A DNA stretch of 64,000 nucleotides from NCBI GenBank assembly GCA_965217585.1, contig OZ244561.1, positions 2,624,001 through 2,688,000 of the forward strand, read 5' to 3'. The DNA comes from Candidatus Latescibacterota bacterium. GTDB lineage: Bacteria; Latescibacterota; UBA2968; UBA8231. The notes below the pieces were generated by a model that worked only from the letters and a program-made list of their open reading frames with translations, did no database searches and was not told the origin of the DNA. Shown here piece after piece: positions 23,742-32,856 of this stretch. A program made the position numbers and the translations under genes. Within the stretch, counting starts at the first letter, position 1. Each line of letters opens with the position of its first letter.

Positions 23742-23817
23742 TGCCCTCTAGCACAATTGGGAGTGCGCCTGACTCTGGATCAGGAGGTTCTAGGTTCGAG
23801 CCCTAGGAGGGCAGCCA
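23742..23817 (+). tRNA. tRNA-Gln(CTG)
   Basis: Anticodon arm CCTGA-CT-CTG-GA-TCAGG; U1-A72; CCA end. Confidence 0.95.
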
Positions 23818-23822
23818 ATACC

Positions 23823-23861
23823 GGCTCCTGAAGGGAATGCTTCAGGAGCCTTCTTCTTTTT
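23823..23861 (+). terminator. Intrinsic terminator after the tRNAs
   Basis: GGCTCCTGAAG/CTTCAGGAGCC perfect stem followed by a T-rich tract. Confidence 0.85.
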
Positions 23862-23922
23862 GCCTAGATCCTTCCAAATTCTCCGCGCATTCAGTCTCTC
23901 GTCTCTGCATTATCCCACGCCG

Positions 23923-25062
23923 ATGAGTACCCGCATCAGAGAACAACAGATTGCTTGGGGCCTCCTTGCGCCAGCACTTGTCGTGCTGGGCGCGTTTGGA
24001 CTCTTCCCTATTGGCTATGCCTTGTACGTCAGCCTGCACAAGTGGCGGATCAAGAAGGAAGCGGTGGTTGGATTCGACCACTATGTCCGCGCCTTGGGCG
24101 ACTCGCAGTACCTGCTGCCCTTCGTCGCCGGGATCGGCCTCGTCTGGGCGGCCTATCACCTGCGCACCAAGTTATCCGCGCGCGGTCTGCCTCCCCTTTA
24201 TGTCTGCACCGCTTGGGGTGTAGTCGCACTATCGGGGTTTTGGGTGGGGTTGGCTCAGGGCTTGGGTAGCTTAGTCGAGACGGGCGATCCAACGCTGTAC
24301 AACGGCTTCAAGGTCACGTTTTTCTACGCGGTCGGGACGATCCCGTGCCAACTGAGCTTGGCCACCGGACTGGCGTATTTGCTCTTCAAGATCGCACGGG
24401 CTAGAGGCGCGTTTCGCACGCTATTCTTTCTGCCGTATGTCACGCCGATTATCGCCTCGGCCGTGGTTTTCCGCACCATCTTTAGCCCCCACCCGTCCTC
24501 GCTGGCCAACCGCTTCTGGAGCGTTTGGGGGCTGGAGAATCAGCGCTGGTTGCACGAGAGCAAGTCCATCGTCGCCCTGTTACTAAAGGGGGTCGGTTTT
24601 GCTTCTTACCCCGCGTGGGTGGACAGCTTCTTCCCGAGCCTAGCCCTGACCTCGATCATCCTCTACAATATTTGGGTCTATGTCGGCTACGACACGGTGA
24701 TTTTACTGGCCGGCCTCAGTGCTATCCCCAAGCAATACTATGAGGCCGCCGAGATGGACGGGGCTGGCGAGTGGCAAGTCTTCCGCCACATTACCCTGCC
24801 TTTGGTCTCACCAACCCTGTTCTTTTTGTCGATGGTGGCCGTCATTGGGACCTTCAAAGCCTTTAACCATGTGTATATCATGCGGACTGCGGGTGCCCGC
24901 GACTCCGTTGATGTGCTCAGTATTGCCATTTTCGACCAAGTCTTTGAGTACCACAACGCAGGCTACGCCTCGGCGATGGCCTTTGTGCTCTTCGTCGCGA
25001 TCTTGGCGCTGACGCTGCTGCAAAACCGGGTGCTCGGCAGGCGGGTGTTTTATGGCGACTAG
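23923..25062 (+). CDS. Carbohydrate ABC transporter permease (MalF/UgpA-like)
   Basis: EAA loop YYEAAEMDGA..FRHITLP; multiple TMs. Confidence 0.92.
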   Translation: MSTRIREQQIAWGLLAPALVVLGAFGLFPIGYALYVSLHKWRIKKEAVVGFDHYVRALGDSQYLLPFVAGIGLVWAAYHLRTKLSARGLPPLYVCTAWGVVALSGFWVGLAQGLGSLVETGDPTLYNGFKVTFFYAVGTIPCQLSLATGLAYLLFKIARARGAFRTLFFLPYVTPIIASAVVFRTIFSPHPSSLANRFWSVWGLENQRWLHESKSIVALLLKGVGFASYPAWVDSFFPSLALTSIILYNIWVYVGYDTVILLAGLSAIPKQYYEAAEMDGAGEWQVFRHITLPLVSPTLFFLSMVAVIGTFKAFNHVYIMRTAGARDSVDVLSIAIFDQVFEYHNAGYASAMAFVLFVAILALTLLQNRVLGRRVFYGD

Positions 25063-25888
25063 GGACGGCAAAGCTAGGCTGGTTTACTGTGGCCTGAGCT
25101 TGGGGGGGCTGGCTGCCAGCTTTCCGTTCGCGTGGATGCTTGTGGCCTCTTTTATGAGCCGCGGCGAATCGCTGCGGCGGGTCTTGCTGCCCGAGCGCGT
25201 CCAATGGGACAATTATATCGAAGCGTGGCAAGAGGCGGACTTTGGTCTCTATTTTGAGAATTCGCTGATCATCGCCGTCCTACAGGTCAGCGGGACCCTG
25301 CTTTTTTCGCTGATGGCGGCATACCCGCTGGCGCGAATGCAGTTCCGCGGACGAGATGTGGTATTTACCGGCGTCTTGGCTACGCTGATGATCCCCGAGG
25401 CCGTGACCATCGTGCCGAATTTTCTCGTCGTGACTTGGCTGCACCGCAATACGCCGTTTGCTTGGCTCAATAGCTGGCCTGCCCTGACCATTCCCTTTAT
25501 GGCTAGTGCTTTTAGCATTTTTCTTTTGCGTCAGTTTATGCGTGGTCTGCCCAACGAGTTGTGGGATGCAGCTAGGATTGAGGGAGCCGGCCATGTGCGC
25601 TTTCTGTTTCGGATCGCGGTACCCCTGTGCCGGGCACCACTCTTGACGGTCGGCATGTTTACGTTTATTGGTTCCTGGAACGCCTTGGCTTGGCCCTTAC
25701 TAGTGACCAATACGCCGGATTGGCGTCCGATCGCCGTGGGTTTGCAGCAGTTTGCCAGTGAGGCCGGGATCGAGATCCACCTACAAATGGCTGGGGCCGT
25801 CATTGCGACCGCTCCCGTACTCTTGGCATATTTTCTTATCCAGCGAGAATTCACGGAAGGCATTTCCATATCTGGACTCAAAGGATAA
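25052..25888 (+). CDS. Carbohydrate ABC transporter permease (MalG/UgpE-like)
   Basis: FLLRQF..LP.EL.DAARIEGA; GSWN..WPLL. Confidence 0.92.
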   Translation: MATRDGKARLVYCGLSLGGLAASFPFAWMLVASFMSRGESLRRVLLPERVQWDNYIEAWQEADFGLYFENSLIIAVLQVSGTLLFSLMAAYPLARMQFRGRDVVFTGVLATLMIPEAVTIVPNFLVVTWLHRNTPFAWLNSWPALTIPFMASAFSIFLLRQFMRGLPNELWDAARIEGAGHVRFLFRIAVPLCRAPLLTVGMFTFIGSWNALAWPLLVTNTPDWRPIAVGLQQFASEAGIEIHLQMAGAVIATAPVLLAYFLIQREFTEGISISGLKG

Positions 25889-25892
25889 CGCG

Positions 25893-27218
25893 ATGAAACC
25901 GAAAAGTGTGCTGACGTTGGTTTGGTGTGCATCATTCTTGTGGGCCTGTGGCGGCCAGCAAGAAGCCGTCTACGAGCAGCAGACCAGTCTCGAAAACCTC
26001 GACCCGCAAGGACAGAAAATCGTCTTTTGGTATCAACACACCGGCCAGCGCGAAGAGGCCCTGCAAGCGCTGATTGCCGACTTTAACCAGACGAACCGCT
26101 ATGGGATTGAGGTTCGCGGCGAGTACATGGGTCGTTATGGGGACATCTACAACAAGATGAACGTGGGTATCCAGAGCGGTTCACTGGCCGCCAGCTTGGT
26201 CGTAGCCTACCAAAACCAAGCCCGAGCCTACTACCAAGCCGATGGCATCGTGGATATAACGCCCTATATGGATTCGCCCAAATGGGGATTGTCGCCAGAA
26301 CAGCGCAGCGACTACGTCCAAGCGTTTCTGGAGCAGGACAATCTCGGCGGAGTGCAGGTTGGCTTCCCGCCGAATCGCGCGATGGAGTTGCTCTACTACA
26401 ATGTTGATTGGTTGCGCGAGCTGGGCTACGATGGGCCACCGGCGACGTGGGACGATTTTGCCGCGATGTGCCGCCTAGCCAAAGAGCAACCCTTCAGCAA
26501 AAATGAAAATCCAGCGCGCAGTTTAGGTTTTTTGCTCGATGTTGACGCCAGCCGATTCGCCGCGATGGTCTTCAGTCGCGGTGGCGACCTAGTAGATGCA
26601 ACCGGCACCGCCTATGCGCTGGACTCGCCAGAAGTTAAAGCGGTACTGGAGTTGATACAGGAGCTAGCACGAGACGGCGCAATAGACATCGCAGGCGAAC
26701 GGGATGTCGAGCTAAACGAGTTCGTCACCGGTCAGATTCTCTTTTCTCAGGATTCTTCCTCTGGGCTGCCCTTTTACAAGAGTGGCATTGAGGACTCTGG
26801 GCTGGCCTTCGAATGGGGAGTAACCCACCCGCCGCAGACTGGCTCGAGGCCGGTCGTTGACGTGTACGGGGCCAGCGTGTCGATCTGCGCAAGCACGCCC
26901 GAAAAACAGCTAGCGGCTTGGCTTTTCCTCAAGTGGTTTACTGCGCCGAAGCAACAAGCGCGGTGGGTGCGGGCAAGCAATTACTTTCCGGTGCGCAAGA
27001 GTACGGCGCGGGAGTTGGAAAGCTACTTCGAGGAAAACCCGCACTATGGAGTGGCGTTTGGCATGTTGGACTACGGGAAATCAGAGCCGACAATGGCAGG
27101 CTATCGACAGGTGCGGCGGTTGATTCAAGAGGCGATGGTAGGGGCGATAGAAGGCGAGGACGTCGAACAGGTGGCAGCGGAGTTGCAGCGCGCAGCGAAT
27201 CAGACGATTGAGCCGTAG
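25893..27218 (+). CDS. ABC transporter substrate-binding lipoprotein
   Basis: Lipobox LWAC; LYYNVDW; AAWLFLKW; SBP family 1 pattern. Confidence 0.9.
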   Translation: MKPKSVLTLVWCASFLWACGGQQEAVYEQQTSLENLDPQGQKIVFWYQHTGQREEALQALIADFNQTNRYGIEVRGEYMGRYGDIYNKMNVGIQSGSLAASLVVAYQNQARAYYQADGIVDITPYMDSPKWGLSPEQRSDYVQAFLEQDNLGGVQVGFPPNRAMELLYYNVDWLRELGYDGPPATWDDFAAMCRLAKEQPFSKNENPARSLGFLLDVDASRFAAMVFSRGGDLVDATGTAYALDSPEVKAVLELIQELARDGAIDIAGERDVELNEFVTGQILFSQDSSSGLPFYKSGIEDSGLAFEWGVTHPPQTGSRPVVDVYGASVSICASTPEKQLAAWLFLKWFTAPKQQARWVRASNYFPVRKSTARELESYFEENPHYGVAFGMLDYGKSEPTMAGYRQVRRLIQEAMVGAIEGEDVEQVAAELQRAANQTIEP

Positions 27219-27242
27219 GCGAAAAAGGAGAATCAGTGTAAA

Positions 27243-28601
27243 ATGACTGGAAATAATAAAAGACCAAACGTTATCGTCTTTTTTACCGATCAACAGCGCT
27301 GGGATACAACGGGGCTACACGGCAATCCGATGGGCCTTACGCTGCATCTTGATCGCTTGGCTCGCGAGTACACCCACGCAGCGCATTCCTTTACGTGCCA
27401 ACCCGTCTGCGGCCCGGCGCGCTCTTGTCTGCAAACGGGTCTCTACGCCACGACCACAGGCTGTTATCGCAACGGCATTCCCTTGCCCGCGGACAGCCAG
27501 ACCCTCGCCCACTACTTTGCCGCGGCTGGCTACGACACCGGATATATAGGCAAGTGGCATCTACACGAGCGAGGGACTACCGGTCCGGTGCCGGCATCGG
27601 ACCGCTTTGGCTACCAGTATTGGTTGGCGTCGAATGTTCTCGAGTTTACTTCCGACGCCTATAGTACGGTTCTCTACGATAATGATGATCAACCCGTCCG
27701 CTTACCTGGTTATCGAGTGGATGCGGTCACGGATGCCGCAATCCGCTACGTGGATGCGCACCAAGATCGTCCCTTTTTCCTTTTCATCTCCTACATTGAA
27801 CCTCATCACCAGAACCACTTGGACGACTATCCGCCCCCCGATGGCTACCGGGAGACCTATACCGGAGGCTGGATCCCGCCCGATCTAGCAGCACTAGCCG
27901 GCTCGACTCACCAGCACTTAGGTGGCTATTACGGGATGGTCAAGCGGCTCGATGAAGCGTATGGCCGCCTGCACGACGCGCTCAAGAGTCTGGAGCTGGC
28001 CGACGACACCATCGTGCTCTTTACTTCGGATCATGGCTGTCATTTCAAGACGCGCAACAACGAGTACAAGCGCTCTTGCCACGAAAGCTCGATCCGCGTG
28101 CCGACGGTCTTGACCGGACCCGGTTTTCGCGGCGGCCAATTGCAAGAGCTGGTTAGCTTAATCGACCTGCCGCCAACTCTTTTGGATGCGGCCGGCTTGG
28201 AAATACCCGATCAGATGCAGGGGCGCTCGCTCATGCCGCTTTTGCGCGGTGGAGTAGCCGATTGGCCCGCAGAGGTCTTCGTGCAGATCAGCGAAGCCCA
28301 AGTGGGGCGGGCCGTTCGCACTCGTCGGTGGAAGTACGGGGTGGATGCTCCAAATGGGCAAGGAAGAGACATGGCAGGAGCCGATCACTACGAGGAGCAG
28401 TATCTCTACGATCTACAGGTTGACCCCTACGAGCTGAACAACCTAGTCGGCCTTGAGTCGCATCGAGAAGTGGCCCAAGTAATGCGGGAACGGCTCTTGA
28501 GACGCATGGAAGAAGCCGGAGAGACTCGCCCCCACGTCAAAGAGGCCCCTCCGCGCCGCTCTGGCCAGCGGAAGGTCAGCCCTGAGGAAGCGCGCTCCTA
28601 G
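27243..28601 (+). CDS. Sulfatase (Cys-type)
   Basis: PNVIVFFTDQQR, CGPAR (CxPxR), GKWH, TSDHG. Confidence 0.93.
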   Translation: MTGNNKRPNVIVFFTDQQRWDTTGLHGNPMGLTLHLDRLAREYTHAAHSFTCQPVCGPARSCLQTGLYATTTGCYRNGIPLPADSQTLAHYFAAAGYDTGYIGKWHLHERGTTGPVPASDRFGYQYWLASNVLEFTSDAYSTVLYDNDDQPVRLPGYRVDAVTDAAIRYVDAHQDRPFFLFISYIEPHHQNHLDDYPPPDGYRETYTGGWIPPDLAALAGSTHQHLGGYYGMVKRLDEAYGRLHDALKSLELADDTIVLFTSDHGCHFKTRNNEYKRSCHESSIRVPTVLTGPGFRGGQLQELVSLIDLPPTLLDAAGLEIPDQMQGRSLMPLLRGGVADWPAEVFVQISEAQVGRAVRTRRWKYGVDAPNGQGRDMAGADHYEEQYLYDLQVDPYELNNLVGLESHREVAQVMRERLLRRMEEAGETRPHVKEAPPRRSGQRKVSPEEARS

Positions 28602-28646
28602 CCTTAGAAGCTACCTGCAAATCCCTAGCCGCCGCGGTTGCACCGC

Positions 28647-29738
28647 CTAAAGGGAGCCTCGGTCGTCCAGCTTTTCACGCAGCGATTGAAGCTCAAACAA
28701 CCGCTTGACAACTAAAGAGATAGAGCGGGCGAACTCACTCAATATGGTCGCTAGCTGTTCGGGGTGGCCAGGTCCGCTCATGGGCAGCCCCAGACCTAGC
28801 ATGCCCTGTGCAAAGGGCACGTCGATCAGCAGTCCGGGGCGATATATCGAGTCCGAGAAGACTTTTTGGGCCATCTGGCGAAAATCCTCGTCGGCCTCGT
28901 GCTCCCAGACCTTGCCGCGGTTCCAGTAGCTAACCAACCTCCGCAGGGAGGCAAAGTGACCGAGCGATTCTTGGAGATTTACCACGTTCTGTAAGGAGCG
29001 GTAACCACGCGCTGCGGAATAGGCGCGATAGCAAGCCAAGAGGTTTCTTTGTTCGTCGAAGACCTGTAGGTCAACCGCCTCGAATTGGGCTCCCATCGCC
29101 TCTAATTCGTCGCCGAGAATGCGCACGACCTTGCCGATATCGCGCACCTTTTCAGCTTCGCAACCAGCCTGCAAGACGCGGAAGGCCCCTTGCTGACAGC
29201 AATGAGCGGTAATGTCGCGCGCAATGGCCAAGCGCACTTTTTCGCTGATGTTGACGTTGGTGATCTCGACGGGAAGAAAGCTGCCATCACTGCGCACCAT
29301 GAGTGCCTCATAGGCATTGGACGAGCCGCTGGCAACCATGTGCCGAGTTGTGGGACGGGACTGGGGAGCGAACATTAGCTCAATGCCGTCTTTGGCTAGC
29401 AATTCTTCCCCGCAATAACCCAATAAGTCGGCCAAGGTCTGGCTGATGAAGAGCAAGTGTCCGTTTTCGTGGATGACAAAGGCGTTGAGGGTCTCGGCGA
29501 TTTGATGCAAGCGGTCTTTGTGGACTCGGGCCAAGCGTGCTTTATCGTCCATTAGGGAGTCGGTCGAGACGCCGAGGGCGTCAGCCAAACTTTTTAGACC
29601 TGACGAACCCGGCTGGCGCACTCGGCCGGTTTCAATGCGGGAGATAGTGGGTTGGGAGACCCCGGAGCGATCTGAGAGGTCTTTCTGGTTGAGCGATTGT
29701 TTCTGTCGCAGTTCTTTCAGGTTGCGTCCTAAGGACAT
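28647..29738 (-). CDS. XRE-family HTH regulator with PAS and GAF-like domains
   Basis: N-terminal LRQKQSLNQKDL..GVSQPTISRIETG; central PAS (LLGY..EELL..RSDGSFLPVEI..ARDIT). Confidence 0.8.
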   Translation of the reverse strand: MSLGRNLKELRQKQSLNQKDLSDRSGVSQPTISRIETGRVRQPGSSGLKSLADALGVSTDSLMDDKARLARVHKDRLHQIAETLNAFVIHENGHLLFISQTLADLLGYCGEELLAKDGIELMFAPQSRPTTRHMVASGSSNAYEALMVRSDGSFLPVEITNVNISEKVRLAIARDITAHCCQQGAFRVLQAGCEAEKVRDIGKVVRILGDELEAMGAQFEAVDLQVFDEQRNLLACYRAYSAARGYRSLQNVVNLQESLGHFASLRRLVSYWNRGKVWEHEADEDFRQMAQKVFSDSIYRPGLLIDVPFAQGMLGLGLPMSGPGHPEQLATILSEFARSISLVVKRLFELQSLREKLDDRGSL

Positions 29739-29859
29739 GGGCTGTTCCTATAATGGGGATCTAAAATACAAGGTGTTTGATATGTAAATAATATGACACG
29801 AAGCGGCTGATTACCAAAACGGAAGGCGATTAAAACAAAATGTACACAAGGGTTTACGC

Positions 29860-30912
29860 ATGAAAATAACCGAAGTGCGGTCGATCTATCCCCGCTATCG
29901 CGTCGCGCCCGCGGCTTGGCGCCGGCACTTCTGGCAGATGGTTGTGCGCATAGATACAGATGTCGGCGTCAGCGGCTGGGGAGCGGGTGGCGGCGGGATT
30001 GCTGCTGTAGAGGTGATCAACCGCCACCTGCGCGAGTTGCTGGTGGGGCGCAGCATCAACAGCATTGAAGATGTCGCCCGGCTCTGGGACGACCAATACA
30101 AGGCCAGCTTGCCCTATGGTCGCAGCGGGATCGCCGTCATGGCCATCAGCGGCGTGGACTTGGCGCTGTGGGATGTCTTGGGCCGAGCGGAAGAGAAGTC
30201 CGTCTGCGACTTGCTGGGCGGTCGGCGGCGGGACGAGGTGTGCGCCTACGCCACAGGCCCAGATTGCGCTTGGTATCGCGACTTGGGTTTTGATGCCCAT
30301 AAGTCTTCGCAGACGCGACGCGCAAGCCAAGCCGAAGATGCGGCGCGCATATTTGAGTGGGCCCAGCGGGCGCGCCAGACCTTGGGCGAAGACGCGCTCT
30401 TGATGATCGACGCCTATATGTCGTGGTCCCCCGACTTCACCCTGGCCGTAGCGCAGCAACTCGCGCCATTCAACATATACTGGTTTGAAGACGTGCTGCT
30501 GCCCGACGATCTGGACGGCTTGGCGGCGTTGCGTCCGCAGATCCAACCCATTTTGTTAGCTGGCGGCGAACACGAATTCACCGCACGGGATTTCGGCTAT
30601 ATCGCCAGAGTGCGGGCGCTGGATTTGTGGCAACCAGACGTCACTTGGTGCGGCGGTTTGACGGCGGCGCTGCGCATTGACAAGCTCGCCCAAGCTCACG
30701 GCATCCCCTTGGTGCCTCACCGCGGCGGCGAGATTTGGGGTCTGCACTTTTTGGCGGCTGGCTACGGCGACAATTTGGCCGAAATAGTCATGGGTAGGCG
30801 CGGTGCGGTGCGCGACAAGCTATGGCTGGGTGAGCCGCAACCGCAGGAGGGGCACTTAGTTCTGCCTGAAGGCCCGGGATTTGGCGTCGAGGTAAACGAG
30901 GAGTTGCTATAA
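29860..30912 (+). CDS. Mandelate racemase/enolase superfamily sugar-acid dehydratase (RhmD-like)
   Basis: AISGVDLALWD, LMIDAY, WFED, GEHEF, QPD..WCGG, PH. Confidence 0.88.
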   Translation: MKITEVRSIYPRYRVAPAAWRRHFWQMVVRIDTDVGVSGWGAGGGGIAAVEVINRHLRELLVGRSINSIEDVARLWDDQYKASLPYGRSGIAVMAISGVDLALWDVLGRAEEKSVCDLLGGRRRDEVCAYATGPDCAWYRDLGFDAHKSSQTRRASQAEDAARIFEWAQRARQTLGEDALLMIDAYMSWSPDFTLAVAQQLAPFNIYWFEDVLLPDDLDGLAALRPQIQPILLAGGEHEFTARDFGYIARVRALDLWQPDVTWCGGLTAALRIDKLAQAHGIPLVPHRGGEIWGLHFLAAGYGDNLAEIVMGRRGAVRDKLWLGEPQPQEGHLVLPEGPGFGVEVNEELL

Positions 30913-30934
30913 GTTTCTCTAAGCAGCCGAGGCC

Positions 30935-31522
30935 CTACTCTTTAACTGCCAAAGATAATAGGTACGTCCCCCGCTGTTTGATCTTCTTGTAATTGCCGAA
31001 GACTTCCTTGAAATTGCGCTTGATGTACTCCTTTAGCCCGGCAATGGTGACGACCCACAGGTGTCCGCCCGGCTCGAGGCGGGCGCAGGCGTCGTGCATG
31101 ATGAGCGTCAGGAGTTCGTTGCCTGTTTTCGCGGGTAGATTGGAGGCAATAGTGTCAAAGCGCACGTGGGCGGGCACGTGGCTGAAGGCATTACTCAAAT
31201 AGGCGCGACAATTGGTTAGCCCGTTGCGTTCGGCGTTTTGCGCCGCATAGTCGACGGCGACGAAGTCCTTGTCGATTAGATGGACCTCGCCCTCGGGGCA
31301 GAGATAGCCCAAAGCCAAGCCGATTGGACCATATCCGCATCCTAAGTCGAGGCAGCGGTCGGCAGGCCCGGCTTTGATATGCTCGATGAGCAGCCGCGTA
31401 CCGGGGTCAATGCGTTTGGGGTTGAAAAGGCCCCAAGTGGAGTGAAAGGTAAAAGCGCGCCCCCTGAGGGTCTCTGCAAATACAATGTCTTCGCACAGGC
31501 GGCTTATATCTCTAGCAGGCAT
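30935..31522 (-). CDS. Class I SAM methyltransferase (RsmC/MTS-like)
   Basis: GLF...IDPGTRLL, LDLGCGYGPIG, SNLP. Confidence 0.88.
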   Translation of the reverse strand: MPARDISRLCEDIVFAETLRGRAFTFHSTWGLFNPKRIDPGTRLLIEHIKAGPADRCLDLGCGYGPIGLALGYLCPEGEVHLIDKDFVAVDYAAQNAERNGLTNCRAYLSNAFSHVPAHVRFDTIASNLPAKTGNELLTLIMHDACARLEPGGHLWVVTIAGLKEYIKRNFKEVFGNYKKIKQRGTYLLSLAVKE

Positions 31523-31629
31523 TGAAAAAGGTGCGTCAGGGTCAATTTTCGCTTAACCTAATAAGGCTCGTATCTCAAACTCAAGCGGGCCGGCGATATA
31601 GAAGGTACACGCAACCGTCCATTTTGCAC

Positions 31630-32754
31630 ATGACCAATAAAACAACACGCGGGCCTCTGAGGTGGCTCCGCGGCGATATGCACAACCACTGCGAAGATCA
31701 CTCCTTGGTCGCCGAGCATTTGGAAGGGGTATGCAACACTCTTGATTTTATAGCCCTGACCAACCACGCGCAAAAACCCGTCTTCTTTGAACAGCACCGC
31801 ATGATTGAGCAAGCGCGCCGCATCCTGCCGGGGTTCCCCATCTTCTTCGGACTAGAGTGGAACGCGCCTAGGGGGGGCCACGCCGGGCTCGTCTTTCCGA
31901 TAGGCGAGCGCGAGGCCGAAAACGCCTACGCCTTCGCCGCAGCCCATGACCGGCTGGGCGCGTCGGCTCCTGTTGGCGTAGAAGCGGCCCTAGAACATCT
32001 GAGCGCGCTGCCGGCGGCGGAGCGCCCCGTCCTCTTCTTCAATCACCCCGCTGCCGGCCAGTGGTCCACAGATAGCATCAACCGCTATCTAGCCGCTGAT
32101 TCGGCGGACCTCGTCGTCGGCATCGAAGCCCTGCACGGGCACCAAGCTTACGCCAAAGTCGCTGCGATGGACCCGTGTGCCTATCCGGGAGGGGCCATCG
32201 GCGGCTTGGTTGACCAAGTGTACGCCTACCAGCGGCCATTTTCCCTACTGTTGCACTCCGATTTCCACGTTCACAAGCAATGGCACCAGCCCGACTATTC
32301 GCTAGGCGTCTTCAATCACGCTTGGGTCGGCGTGGAATCAGGGCACCAACCCACCCCAGAAGCGATCTTCGCCGGCCTGCGCCAGGGGCGTACTTGTGCC
32401 ATCCAAGGGCACTGGCTCGACCTCGTCGATTTCTCGGTCGATAACCATTTTATCGGCGACACTTGGACGGGAGGTGCCGGTGTTCTGAGCGCTGCCTTTG
32501 AGGCAACCGAAGCGATCGAAAGGGCCGAGCTGATTGGCCGGTGGCAGCCAAACACCGCGCCCGCCGTGCTGGAGCGTCTGGGGCCCCTGCCAGCCGGGAG
32601 CTGCGAATGGACGCTGGAGATCCCGCCCGATGCCCAGGGCTTTGTGCGTCTGCGCATAATCGCCGAGAGCCGTGCTCGCCCGGCACCGGGACCACCGGCC
32701 CCCAAACACTTCCTCACCTCGGCAATCCTCTTAGACGCTAGCTGCGGCAGTTAA
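31630..32754 (+). CDS. PHP-domain metallophosphoesterase
   Basis: GDMHNH, DFIALTNH, GLEW..GH, NHP, SDFH; start inferred. Confidence 0.78.
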   Translation: MTNKTTRGPLRWLRGDMHNHCEDHSLVAEHLEGVCNTLDFIALTNHAQKPVFFEQHRMIEQARRILPGFPIFFGLEWNAPRGGHAGLVFPIGEREAENAYAFAAAHDRLGASAPVGVEAALEHLSALPAAERPVLFFNHPAAGQWSTDSINRYLAADSADLVVGIEALHGHQAYAKVAAMDPCAYPGGAIGGLVDQVYAYQRPFSLLLHSDFHVHKQWHQPDYSLGVFNHAWVGVESGHQPTPEAIFAGLRQGRTCAIQGHWLDLVDFSVDNHFIGDTWTGGAGVLSAAFEATEAIERAELIGRWQPNTAPAVLERLGPLPAGSCEWTLEIPPDAQGFVRLRIIAESRARPAPGPPAPKHFLTSAILLDASCGS

Positions 32755-32856
32755 GGAGACGACCTGTCCGCCAGTACTCTTCCGGCGAACAGCCCTGTGA
32801 AGGAAAACCCGTTTTCTTATGTTTGAACGGTAAGATCTCAAACCACTGGAGTTTCC

